Below are positions 49,983 through 59,277 of a stretch of DNA of 64,000 bases, one piece after another. Origin of the DNA: Acidimicrobiales bacterium (GTDB taxonomy: Bacteria > Actinomycetota > Acidimicrobiia > Acidimicrobiales > CATQHL01); assembly GCA_965237375.1 (NCBI GenBank), contig CBDEFI010000002.1, positions 15,911 through 79,910 of the forward strand, written 5' to 3'. The position numbers were made by a program, and so were the translations under genes. The notes beneath the pieces are model-generated. The model ran no database searches. It saw only the letters and a program-made list of their open reading frames with translations, and had not been told where the DNA came from. Position 1 is the first letter of the stretch. Each line of letters starts with the position of its first letter.

Positions 49983-50243
49983 GAGAGCACCTTCCGGGTC
50001 GTCGGTCCGTGGGCGCCGGGCGCCGCCGCCAAACTAGCAGCGAGACCCTTGTCTCGGCCCGCCGCAGCGACCTACCGCAGGCCGACGTCGGATTCGCGCC
50101 GCGTCGCCCGCGGCCGGGCGCCTACCGGCTCGCCCGTGAAGGCGATGTCCGCCGGTGGTGGGGAATCGGCCTCCGGTTCGCGTTGTCGGGGCGGCCGTCG
50201 TAAGGTTCTGGTCACACACATCGGGCGAACCTTTCGAGGCGCC

Positions 50244-51242
50244 ATGAGCACGCACGTCTTCTCCGACAATCCCGCCCTGGCGGACGCCTGGCACGCGGTC
50301 ACCCGCACCGGCGACGTGGCACCCGGCCCGCTGGGCGTGCGCCTGCTGGGACGGCCGTACGTGCTGTGGCGCGACCCCGCGGGGGTCGTGACGGCGGCGG
50401 CGGATCGCTGCCCGCACCGGGAGGCGCCCCTCTCGGCCGGCACGGTGATCGACGGGTGCCTGCAGTGCTGCTACCACGGCTGGCGTTTCGGGGCCGAGGG
50501 GCGCTGCGTGCTGGTTCCGTCCGCGCAACCCGGCGTGCCGGCCCCGCCGAGGGCCCATCTGGGGCCGGTCGGGGCGACGGAACGCTACGGGCTGGTGTGG
50601 ATCTGTCCGGGCACGCCGGCCGAGGACATCCCGGTCATCGTCGAGGATTCCGATCCGTCGTTCCGGCGCATCAACCCCGATGTGGAGGTGTGGGCGGCGT
50701 CGGCGACGCGGATGGTGGACAACTTCGTGGACATCACGCATTTCCCGTTCGTGCACGCCGGCACCATCGGCGGTGACACCGACGAGGTGGTGCCCCGCCT
50801 GGAGTTGGCGCAACTCGACGAGAGCTTCTACGGCTACCGCTACGAGGTGACCGTCAGCAACCCGGAGATCGCGTCGGCCACCTCGGGCACGGCGGGAGGG
50901 GTGGTGGCCCGCAGGATGTCCAGCGCGTTCGCGCTGCCGTTCGCCTGCCGCAGCACCATTGCCTACGAGACCGGCCTGGAGCACGTCCTGCTGCTGTTGT
51001 CGACCCCCATCGACGATGTGACCTCGTACTTCATCTTCGTAGTGTGGCGCAACGATGACTTCTCGGTGCCCTCCGACGAGGTGATCCGCTTCGATCTGGC
51101 CATTGGCGCCGAGGACAAGCTGATGCTGGAGCGCCTCGACGGCGTGTTGCCGCTCAAACTGGCCGGCACCGTGAGCGTCCAGTCCGACAAGCCCTCGGTG
51201 GAGTGGCGCCGCCGTTTCTCGTCCCTCCTGGCCGGGAGTTAG
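50244..51242 (+). CDS. Rieske [2Fe-2S] non-haem iron oxygenase, alpha-subunit-like
   Basis: ATG 50244, in frame with track ORF 49359..51242. Rieske motif CPHREAPL...CCYHGWRF. Catalytic-domain DNFVDITHFPFVH. Confidence 0.85.
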   Translation: MSTHVFSDNPALADAWHAVTRTGDVAPGPLGVRLLGRPYVLWRDPAGVVTAAADRCPHREAPLSAGTVIDGCLQCCYHGWRFGAEGRCVLVPSAQPGVPAPPRAHLGPVGATERYGLVWICPGTPAEDIPVIVEDSDPSFRRINPDVEVWAASATRMVDNFVDITHFPFVHAGTIGGDTDEVVPRLELAQLDESFYGYRYEVTVSNPEIASATSGTAGGVVARRMSSAFALPFACRSTIAYETGLEHVLLLLSTPIDDVTSYFIFVVWRNDDFSVPSDEVIRFDLAIGAEDKLMLERLDGVLPLKLAGTVSVQSDKPSVEWRRRFSSLLAGS

Positions 51243-51274
51243 GACTGTGCCGAGTAATACCGCCGACCTCTAGC

Positions 51275-51315
51275 TCGTCATTCCGGCGAAGAGCCGGCCC
51301 GAACCCGCTGGCGCG
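51275..51315 (+). repeat. Degenerate REP-like repeat
   Basis: cgtcattccggcgaagagccggcccgaacccgctggcgcg, at the left edge of the low-GC island. Confidence 0.55.
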
Positions 51316-51397
51316 AAGCCTTACGCCTCGCCCGCCGAGTTGCCCCCTACTAGCCACCACTACGGCGGGCCGTCACGCGGCGTCAGCTACGGGTTGA

Positions 51398-52618
51398 TCA
51401 CCCAGTCGGCTGGCTTCTCTGCTTGATCACATTGTCCAGAGTCTGAGCAATGAGCCGATTCGTGTTGGTCACGGTCACTCGGGCGAAGAACGAGTAGTGG
51501 CCCATTTCGACCACAAGCTTGGCAATGAACTCGTCTGCAAATGAGGCGGATACGAGAGCCACATCACCGAAGTCGACTCTGACTCGAGCCCCCTGAAACT
51601 GGGTCATGAGATTCTGCAGCTTTGTTCGGAGTTCTCGTCCGGTTTGACGATTGCCGAACCCGCTCGCTTCTTCCGCGACTCGGAAAACAATCTCGTTCTT
51701 GTCATCCAAATGGGTCATCTCGAACTCCGCCGTAGGAGGTGTCCCCCACAGCGCCTGGGAGATATCGATCTCGACATTCGTGGGCAGGATCAGACTCACG
51801 CTTGTGCCTGGAACGGCTCCTGACTTGCGAGTCGTCGAATCGCCGTTGACGATGTTGAGTTCCGCATTGCCGGACATGATCATTAGTTCTCCGCCGGCTG
51901 TCGAGACGATACGCACCGAGCCGGCGAGCCCGTTTCCTTGACCCGCGGCGTGGTCGCGGGTCACTCCTGCCTGAATGGCCTTCGACAGGGCCTCCTCATC
52001 GTTCCGGGTCTTGTGCGCCTGTGCGAGTGAGGCTCGGATGCCGCGACCGTAGTCCGAGACAACAAGATCAACCTTTTTCTGGTCAGGGTGGCTAACGACT
52101 TGTATGAACCCTTCGACATTCTCTCCCGGTTCACCTGCATGGACCAGTACGTTGTCGGCAAGCTCGTTCAAGGTCCATGCGACCGAGTCCAGCACGCCTG
52201 GCGAGCATTGCATGTGGCGCGACAGCACGTCCATGACTGCTGTCACAATGCCGTTGAGGCCACTGGAATCGGAGTACCCTTGAACAGGCAGATAAGACTT
52301 GCCACAATCAATTAGCGGCGGCTCTACCCCTGCGATAATCTGCCTCCAGCCGGCGATATCCCAGTAGTAATCGTCGTACGGGTACATCACCTCGATCTCA
52401 GTTCCCTGAGCGCGCAGATGCTTGATAAGTGAGATCAGCGGGACAACGGCCGTCGCGTAGGAGAAATTGACGTTCTCAAGGTCGAGGCGAAGGCTTCTCG
52501 GAAGCGATTGACCATAGAGGCGCCTTGTGATGCTTCGAAATTTGTTGCGATCAAAGACGCCCTCAAACTCCATATTGAGTTGACGATTCCTGTACACCAT
52601 GATGATCCTCTCATGCAC
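51398..52618 (-). CDS. GHKL/histidine-kinase-like ATPase flanked by STAS-like domains (C-terminal DUF4325-like); low-GC single-gene island
   Basis: N-box-like LNELADNVLVHA, G1 SDYGRGI, G2 GQGNGLAG. C-terminus ...VRVDFGDVALVSASFADEFIAKLV... resembles the DUF4325 STAS-like domain. A sampled line is 50% GC versus ~70% in flanks. Confidence 0.7.
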   Translation of the reverse strand: MHERIIMVYRNRQLNMEFEGVFDRNKFRSITRRLYGQSLPRSLRLDLENVNFSYATAVVPLISLIKHLRAQGTEIEVMYPYDDYYWDIAGWRQIIAGVEPPLIDCGKSYLPVQGYSDSSGLNGIVTAVMDVLSRHMQCSPGVLDSVAWTLNELADNVLVHAGEPGENVEGFIQVVSHPDQKKVDLVVSDYGRGIRASLAQAHKTRNDEEALSKAIQAGVTRDHAAGQGNGLAGSVRIVSTAGGELMIMSGNAELNIVNGDSTTRKSGAVPGTSVSLILPTNVEIDISQALWGTPPTAEFEMTHLDDKNEIVFRVAEEASGFGNRQTGRELRTKLQNLMTQFQGARVRVDFGDVALVSASFADEFIAKLVVEMGHYSFFARVTVTNTNRLIAQTLDNVIKQRSQPTG

Positions 52619-52788
52619 AGATCCTGTGCTCTGGACAGATCAGACTACATCCACTCGAAGCCGGCCCGGCTCGTCCGCCGCAGGCGCGTGCGGCGCCCGC
52701 CGCTTGCCGCCGCCGCAGGGTCGTCGGCGCTGCCGCGGCGGTCGGCATCCCTCGGACCCGGGCTGGATTTGCTCGGCCGTAACGTTGG

Positions 52789-53037
52789 CTACAGGTTGGG
52801 GCGAGGGGAGTCCAGCGAGGAGAATGAGAAGACAACGTTGCTCATGCTGGCCTCGGCGTTGGCCTCGCCGGCGATGTTCTGGACGATGGTGATGCGGTTG
52901 GCGCCGCAGTCGCCGAAGTCGTCGCAGGTGATCGTGCCGCTGAGGCCGCTGAATCCCTCGACGCCGTCGAGGCAGTCGCGCACGCCTTGGCGGTCGACAA
53001 CCAGCGTGTCGCCGTCGAGGTAGGAGGCGCTGAAACG
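52789..53037 (-). pseudogene. 5'-truncated remnant of a Leu/Ile/Val-type ABC substrate-binding protein gene
   Basis: Only the C-terminal ~80 codons remain (...FSASYLDGDTLVVDRQGVRDCLDGVEGFSGLSGTITCDDFGDCGANRITIVQN...). The reading frame is closed upstream by a stop, right against the end of the next gene. Confidence 0.5.
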
Positions 53038-53043
53038 TGCTCG

Positions 53044-53871
53044 TCAGGGCATGTAGCGGAGGTTCGTGACGATCCGCTCGGCGGCCTCGGTGTCACCGTC
53101 GAGGCTGACGAGGCCCTGCCCGATGGCGTCGGTGCCCGCAATTCGCCCTCCGGCCAGCCGGGTGTAGGTGTGGGCGTCGGTACCGATGGTGATCGTGGGC
53201 TCCGCATCGCCGTCGAAGACACCCACGAGCCGGCCGCGACGCTCGGCGACCTGCACCCGCCAGGCGCGAGCGGCCGGACCGGTCAGGTCGATCAACACTC
53301 TCGCGCCGTCGGGGGCCCGCCCCAACTTGGCGACGGCGAACCCCACGGCGACGGCGAACTCATCGAGGGCAACGTCGACCACCGGCCCCTCCCGGTGGCC
53401 CGGAGCGCCGATCGCGCCCCTGATGTCCTGCTCGTGGACCCAGCAGTCCAGCGTCCTGATCCGCATGAACCGCCCGTAGGTGTCGTTGCCGGCCGGGGTC
53501 CACGATTCGGCGTCGAAGTCGGCCTGCGTCAGGCCCGCCAGTGCCGAGAGTCGTCCTGCGGTCACCTCCCGGAACTCCTCGAGCACGGCGGCCGGCGCCC
53601 AGGGACGACGCTCGGCGATCCACAACTCGTTCATCCGACCGATCTCGTTGCGGACGTGAGGCGATTCACCCAGGTCCACGTCAGGCGCCGGATCGCCGCT
53701 CAACATGCGCTCGGTGCCGGTGATGTGGCTGAGGTTGTCCTGGACACTCCAGCCGGGGCAGTCGGTGGCCGCTTCCCACTGCGCATCATCCAGCCCGTCG
53801 CAGAGATCGGCCATGGCCTCCCACTCGGCCGCGAGGGCAGCGACGACGGTGTCCTTGTCGACGGTGACCAT
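53044..53871 (-). CDS. Mycothiol-dependent maleylpyruvate isomerase family / DinB-like (TIGR03083-type) protein
   Basis: MVTVDKDTVVAALAAEWEAMADLCDGLDDAQWEAATDCPGWSVQDNLSHITGTE is the typical N-terminal MDMPI_N domain. Confidence 0.8.
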   Translation of the reverse strand: MVTVDKDTVVAALAAEWEAMADLCDGLDDAQWEAATDCPGWSVQDNLSHITGTERMLSGDPAPDVDLGESPHVRNEIGRMNELWIAERRPWAPAAVLEEFREVTAGRLSALAGLTQADFDAESWTPAGNDTYGRFMRIRTLDCWVHEQDIRGAIGAPGHREGPVVDVALDEFAVAVGFAVAKLGRAPDGARVLIDLTGPAARAWRVQVAERRGRLVGVFDGDAEPTITIGTDAHTYTRLAGGRIAGTDAIGQGLVSLDGDTEAAERIVTNLRYMP

Positions 53872-53971
53872 GTCGTCTCCTCGTCTCGATGCGAAGCGGT
53901 GCCACGCTACCAGCGCACCCCGTACGGCAGTCTGTCGCAGCCCGCCGGGTAACCTTGCGGTCCACTTGTTC

Positions 53972-54025
53972 CGTCATACCGGCGGAGGCCGGAATCCACT
54001 CTCCAGCGGTTCGGCCTGCACTGCC
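53972..54025 (+). repeat. REP-like hairpin repeat
   Basis: ccgtcataccggcggaggccggaatccactctccagcggttcggcctgcactgcc. Confidence 0.85.
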
Positions 54026-54080
54026 GATGAAATACTCCACACCCTCTAGCCTGACGGCACCGAACCGCCCGGAGGAGAAC

Positions 54081-55382
54081 ATGGCCTGGGACTTCGCCAC
54101 CGATGAGGACTTCCAGCCCAAGCTGGACTGGATGCGGGAGTTCCTCGACGCCGAGATCCTGCCGCTGGAGACGATCGCCGGGGACGCCACGCCCGAGCAG
54201 TGGCGAACGCTGACCGACCCCCTCAAGCAGCAGGTCAAGGAGCAGGGTCTGTGGGCCTGCCACCTGGGTCCCGACCTGGGGGGCCAGGGCTGGGGGCAGG
54301 TGCGTCTCGCCCTCATGCACGAGATCCTCGGACGCTGCGCGTATGCCCCGATGATCTTCGGCAACAACGCCCCCGACTCGGGCAACGCCGAGCTGTTGGC
54401 CATCGGTGCCGACGATGAGATGCGCCGACGCTGGCTGCAGCCGCTGCTGGCCGGCGAGATGCGCAGCGCCTTCTCCATGACCGAACCCGAGGTGGCCGGT
54501 TCGGACCCCCGTCTGATCCGCACCCGGGCCATGCTCGACGGCGACGAGTACGTGATTTCGGGTCACAAGTGGTTCACCACCAACGGATCGGTGGCCGACT
54601 TCCTGATCGTCATGGTGGTCACCAACCCCGACGTGCACCCCTACCAGGGATGTTCGATGATCCTGGTCCCCGTCGACACGCCGGGCGTGCGCATCGTGCG
54701 GGACATCCCCAACATGGGCGAGCCGCACCTGTCCGGGCCACCCCGGCCGGGCAGCCATGCCGAGATCGTCTACGACAACGTGCGGGTACCGGCGGCGAAC
54801 ATCATCGGCGAGCCCGGCGAGGGTTTCGTGCTGGCGCAGAAGCGACTCGGCCCCGGCCGCATCCATCACGCCATGCGCTGGATCGGCCAGGCCCGCCGAG
54901 CGTTCGACATGATGTGCGAGCGGGCGCTGTCACGCACGTCGCACGGCTCGCTGCTGGCCGACAAGCAGATGATCGCCGACATGATCGCCGAGACCAAGAT
55001 GGAGATCGAGGCCACCAAGCTGCTGTGCATGCACGGCGCCTGGCACATGGACCGCCACGGCGCCTCGGCCTCGCGCACCGAGATCGCCATGATCAAGGTG
55101 TACGGCACCCGGATGCTGTTCAATGCGATCGATCGGGCCATCCAAGTGCATGGGGCGCTGGGGTTCAGCGCCGACCTGCCGCTGGAAGACATGTACCGCC
55201 ACGCTCGGGCCTCCCGTCTGGTGGACGGCGCCGACGAGGTGCACAAGGTCACGATCAGCCGCCGGGTGCTGCGGGGCTACGAGCCCGTGGACGGCTGGCC
55301 GACCGAGCACGTACCGACCCGCCGGGCGGCGGCGCTGGAGCGCTTCGGCGACGTCCTCGAGACGGTCACGGCGAACTCGTGA
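54081..55382 (+). CDS. Acyl-CoA dehydrogenase
   Basis: ATG 54081 after GGAGGAG. FSMTEPEVAGSD, KWFTTNG and C-terminal ...QVHGALGFSADLPLEDMYRHAR... are typical ACAD motifs. Confidence 0.9.
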   Translation: MAWDFATDEDFQPKLDWMREFLDAEILPLETIAGDATPEQWRTLTDPLKQQVKEQGLWACHLGPDLGGQGWGQVRLALMHEILGRCAYAPMIFGNNAPDSGNAELLAIGADDEMRRRWLQPLLAGEMRSAFSMTEPEVAGSDPRLIRTRAMLDGDEYVISGHKWFTTNGSVADFLIVMVVTNPDVHPYQGCSMILVPVDTPGVRIVRDIPNMGEPHLSGPPRPGSHAEIVYDNVRVPAANIIGEPGEGFVLAQKRLGPGRIHHAMRWIGQARRAFDMMCERALSRTSHGSLLADKQMIADMIAETKMEIEATKLLCMHGAWHMDRHGASASRTEIAMIKVYGTRMLFNAIDRAIQVHGALGFSADLPLEDMYRHARASRLVDGADEVHKVTISRRVLRGYEPVDGWPTEHVPTRRAAALERFGDVLETVTANS

Positions 55383-55418
55383 CGGTCCGCCGGGGGGTGC
55401 GAGCGTCCGCTTGAGGCC

Positions 55419-56114
55419 ATGACCAGACTTGGCCTCACCACCGACGAGATGCTGCTCACCACCCGAGCGGTTCGCAAGCGGCTGGACTTCGACCGTCCCG
55501 TGCCGGAATCGCTGCTGCGGGAGTGCGCGCGGTTCGCCGTACAGGCGCCCACGTCCTCCAACGCCCAGGGTTGGCACTTCGTCTTCGTGACCGAGCGCCC
55601 CAAGGTGGAGGCGCTGGCCGCCATGTACAAGCGCGCCTCCGATCCGAACAGACGCAGGTTCATCAAGGCGTCGCATGGCCGGGCGGAGCGTGACGCCGCC
55701 TGGGGAGCACAGCAGGCCCGCGTCATCGACTCGGGAATACACCTGGTGGAGAACCTTCATCGCAGCCCGGCAATGCTGATCCCCTGCGCCGCCGGGCGCT
55801 CGGAGCAGCCCCGCGACGTGGTGGAAGGCGCCGGCTCGGTCATCCAGGCCGCCTGGAGCTTCATGCTGGCCGCCCGCGAGCGCGGCCTGGGCACATGCTG
55901 GACAACCGTGCATCTGATCTACGAACAGGAAGCGGCCGACATAGTTGGCATCCCGTACGAGAAGGTGAGGCAGTACGCCCTGATTCCGGTCGCCTACACG
56001 CACGGCGCAGACTTCAAGCCCGCCGACCGGGACCTCGACAGCGTGCTGAGCTTCAACAACTGGAGCCGCTCAGCGCCCCTCGTGCCGGCTCTCGGGGGTA
56101 CCCGAGACCCTTAG
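55419..56114 (+). CDS. Nitroreductase family protein
   Basis: TTRAVRKRLDFDRPVPESLLRECARFAVQAPTSSNAQGWHFVFV is the typical nitroreductase N-terminus. Confidence 0.85.
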   Translation: MTRLGLTTDEMLLTTRAVRKRLDFDRPVPESLLRECARFAVQAPTSSNAQGWHFVFVTERPKVEALAAMYKRASDPNRRRFIKASHGRAERDAAWGAQQARVIDSGIHLVENLHRSPAMLIPCAAGRSEQPRDVVEGAGSVIQAAWSFMLAARERGLGTCWTTVHLIYEQEAADIVGIPYEKVRQYALIPVAYTHGADFKPADRDLDSVLSFNNWSRSAPLVPALGGTRDP

Positions 56115-56232
56115 GCATGGACTAGACCCGAGTCCGGTCGCAGAACCGCGGGGACGGGTCACCGATCTCGTTCATGCCTGCGCCGCTCCGCTGCTCGTTC
56201 CACGGGTCGGACGAGAGCGTACGCTTCGGCGC

Positions 56233-56889
56233 ATGAGCAGACTTGGGCTTTCCACCGACGAGATGCTGTCCACCACCCGGGCGGTGCGCAAGCGCCTCGA
56301 CTTCGAGCGCCCGGTATCGGAGTCGCTGCTGCGCGACTGCGTCGAGTTGGCCGTGCAGGCCCCGACCGCATCCAACATGCAGAGCTGGCACTTCGTGTTC
56401 GTCACCGAGCGCGACAAGATCGAGGCCACCGCTGCGCTCTACAAGCGGGCTTTCGGCGCCTATGTGAGCGGCCCCCGGGCGGCCGGGCGGGCATCCGCCG
56501 GCCACGACGAGACCTGGGTGGCGCAGCAGACCCGTGTCGTCACCTCGGCGATCTACCTGGCGGAGAACATGCACCGCAGTCCCGTGCTGTTGATCCCCTG
56601 CGTCGCCACCCGGTCCGAGCGGCCGGTGGACGTCGTGGCGGAGGGCGGCTCGGTCGTCCAGGCCGCCTGGAGCTTCATGCTCGCCGCCCGCGAGCGCGGC
56701 CTCGGCACCTGCTGGACCACCCTGCACCTCGTCTACGAGCGCGAGACGGCGGAGATCCTCGACATCCCCTACGACAAGGTGCGCCAGTTCGCTCTGATCC
56801 CCGTCGCCCACACCATCGGCACCGACTTCAAACCGGCCACCCGAGGCGACCTGGACGCCGTACTCAGTTGGAACCGCTGGAGCCGCTGA
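56233..56889 (+). CDS. Nitroreductase family protein (tandem paralogue)
   Basis: Clearly paralogous to 55419..56114 along its whole length (STTRAVRKRLDFERPVSESLLRDCVELAVQAPTASNMQSWHFVFV). Confidence 0.85.
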   Translation: MSRLGLSTDEMLSTTRAVRKRLDFERPVSESLLRDCVELAVQAPTASNMQSWHFVFVTERDKIEATAALYKRAFGAYVSGPRAAGRASAGHDETWVAQQTRVVTSAIYLAENMHRSPVLLIPCVATRSERPVDVVAEGGSVVQAAWSFMLAARERGLGTCWTTLHLVYERETAEILDIPYDKVRQFALIPVAHTIGTDFKPATRGDLDAVLSWNRWSR

Positions 56890-56970
56890 GAGCCGGCGCG
56901 GCTGCTCACCGGCACTTCCGACCACACTTGCGCCGGGGGAGAGTGGCGCGGCGGCAGCCGCCCCGAGGCG

Positions 56971-59127
56971 GTGGCAATGCCACAGGCGCTGCGTGAGATA
57001 CCGTCTGAGGCGGTGGTTGGTTCGCTTCGGTGGTCTCGGAGCGGATCCGCCGATGCGGCAGAAAAGCCGGACTTCCCGCAAGGCGGGTCGCGACGCCGCT
57101 CACGGCGGCACGTGCGCATCCTTTCGGTCGCGTGCCTCCTCTGTGCAGGTCTCGCGGCTCCGGTTCTCCCCACCGGCGGGGTTGCCGCCGCCGTTGACGG
57201 TGGTGCGGGCCCGGGGACCGAGCAGAACGTGGTCCCCGCATCTCCGGCGGCCGAAGTTGCGGCGCCGACCTCGGGCCGCAGCCGCGCACCGGGCCGGGAC
57301 TTCTCACCGCGTCCCGATCGTCGGGACGTCCTGCCCGCCGAACGCGACCGAGCCAGGGTTCTGTGGGGCCCGCAGTTCGTAAGGGGTGCGGCGCGTAGTG
57401 GGGACAGCCTGATCGCTGCCTCGCGCGGTCGGACGTGCGCCGTGCGCCTCGACGGTGGTGTCACGTGCTGGGGTCAGGACGGCATCCGCGAGCGGCTGAC
57501 CGCCGCGGGCCTGGAGAACGTCGCGAGCGTGAGCACCGGTGATCATCCTCACCAGGATCTCCACGTCTGCACGCTGCACGCCGGCGGGACCGTGTCGTGC
57601 TGGGGACTGGGTCTCGAGGGACAACTCGGGCAGGGTGGAACGGTCGGTAGCTACCTTCCGGTCAGCGTGTCAGGTATCTCCGACGCCGTCGCGCTCGCCG
57701 CCGGGTCGGACCACACCTGCGTTGTTCACTCCAGAGGAGGAGTCTCCTGCTGGGGCGCGGGGTCGCTCGGCCAGATGGGTGATGGATCCGCCGCCGCTTC
57801 CAGCAGTCCGCAGAGGGTTCCGGGCCTCGATGACGTGGTGTGGATCGACGCGGGGCCGTCTTCCAACTGCGCCATTGGCATCGACGGCTCACTGTCGTGT
57901 TGGGGCTTCGGAGGTGGCGCCGGCGACGTCAACTCCTTCGCCCCCGCCAAGGTGGACGGTCTTCCTGCGGTGGCTTCGGTCTCCACCGGTTGGGACCGCA
58001 CGTGCGCGGCAACTGTTGGCGGTGAGGTCTATTGCTGGCCGGTCGCCCCGACGGCTCAACCGGTGCGGGTCGACGAGATCGAGGATGTCGTGGCCGTCTC
58101 GGTGGGCGATGGCGGCGTCTGCGCCGTGCATGACGACGGCGGCGTGTCGTGCTGGGGGGACAAGAACGCCGCAGGTCAGCTTGGCAATGGCAGCACTGCA
58201 CCTCAGCCTCGGCCGGCTCGTGTCCCCGGCATCGCCGATGCGGTGGCCGTGACGATGGGCGCGGGTTCCTCGCGCATCACGCCGCACACCTGTGTTGCAC
58301 ACCAGAGCGGTTCGTACTCCTGCTGGGGAGGCAACGGGGTTGGCCAGTTGGGCGACGGCACCCTCGAGGGGAGTCCGGTCCCCGTCCCGGTCGCCGGTTT
58401 GGCCGTGACCCCTGAGGATCGGATCCCCGCGGACGAAACCGATCTGCTGAAGATCTGGATGGGCGACGTCGTGCTGCGGGTCGAGAACGACTTCCCCTGG
58501 CTGCGCGCCGCGTGGGACCGCATCCGCGACCGAGCCTCGGTCTCCCGGATCGAGGGTCTCCGGGGGGCCGTCCGTTCGTCCTGCCACCTGCTCGACGGAT
58601 CGTACGAGTGCTGGGCGGACAGCATGGAGATCGCCGAGATGAGTCTCGCCAACGTCGTCCACGAGTTGGCACACGTCTACGACGGCACCACAGGTCTGGC
58701 GTCCGGTAGGATCTGGGGGGCCGTACAGCTCTACTTCGCCGCGACGTATCCCGACTGCCATCGGGACTTCGGGCAGCCGCGGGGATCGGAGATCCTCGCC
58801 GACACGCTGACACATCTCGTCGTGCCGACGGCGTGGTTGACCTACCACTCGTCGGGATGCCCGGGGTTGGGCGGCGAGCCGGACAACGAGGCGGAGGAGG
58901 TCGTCGGCGCCGGCCTGGCCGGTGAGGCGCCGGACTGGTACAGCGAGAACGTCACGAACGGCGCCGAGTTGTGGACGGCTCTGCGACGGGTTCTGTCGGC
59001 GTCTCTGCTGGGCAATCTGGCGGGAGAGTTCGGCGGGTTCTGCTCGACCGACTGGTTCCGCTACCCGCTGGACCCCTCGCTGTTCCCCCCGGCGCGCGCC
59101 AATCCGTTCCGGCATGGCGGCTGCTAG
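56971..59127 (+). CDS. Secreted RCC1-repeat (beta-propeller) protein with a C-terminal HExxH domain
   Basis: Seven or more repeats of C-A/V-x-x-x-D/G-G-x-V-S/T-CWG-x-x-x-x-GQLG. C-terminal ~230 aa contain HELAH (58659-58673). The likelier start is GTG 57112 (VRILSVACLLCAGLAAPV signal). Confidence 0.75.
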   Translation: MAMPQALREIPSEAVVGSLRWSRSGSADAAEKPDFPQGGSRRRSRRHVRILSVACLLCAGLAAPVLPTGGVAAAVDGGAGPGTEQNVVPASPAAEVAAPTSGRSRAPGRDFSPRPDRRDVLPAERDRARVLWGPQFVRGAARSGDSLIAASRGRTCAVRLDGGVTCWGQDGIRERLTAAGLENVASVSTGDHPHQDLHVCTLHAGGTVSCWGLGLEGQLGQGGTVGSYLPVSVSGISDAVALAAGSDHTCVVHSRGGVSCWGAGSLGQMGDGSAAASSSPQRVPGLDDVVWIDAGPSSNCAIGIDGSLSCWGFGGGAGDVNSFAPAKVDGLPAVASVSTGWDRTCAATVGGEVYCWPVAPTAQPVRVDEIEDVVAVSVGDGGVCAVHDDGGVSCWGDKNAAGQLGNGSTAPQPRPARVPGIADAVAVTMGAGSSRITPHTCVAHQSGSYSCWGGNGVGQLGDGTLEGSPVPVPVAGLAVTPEDRIPADETDLLKIWMGDVVLRVENDFPWLRAAWDRIRDRASVSRIEGLRGAVRSSCHLLDGSYECWADSMEIAEMSLANVVHELAHVYDGTTGLASGRIWGAVQLYFAATYPDCHRDFGQPRGSEILADTLTHLVVPTAWLTYHSSGCPGLGGEPDNEAEEVVGAGLAGEAPDWYSENVTNGAELWTALRRVLSASLLGNLAGEFGGFCSTDWFRYPLDPSLFPPARANPFRHGGC

Positions 59128-59277
59128 CTACTCGGATTGATCACCGGCGGCTCGGCGAGTCACGGCGCCGACACCGACCTATCGGTCGACCGGCACGTAT
59201 AGGCCAGGCGGAGGAGGATGCACGATCACGTCCGCCAAGGCTCTATTGGTCGCTGTCCGGGTGGTCAACGACCGCAG

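Noticed and set aside
49359-50243. N-terminal 295-codon extension of the Rieske oxygenase ORF (track ORF 49359..51242).
   Set aside because: The extension runs antisense across two well-supported VOC genes and has no motifs. The recognisable Rieske protein begins at ATG 50244 (MSTHVFSDNPALADAW...).
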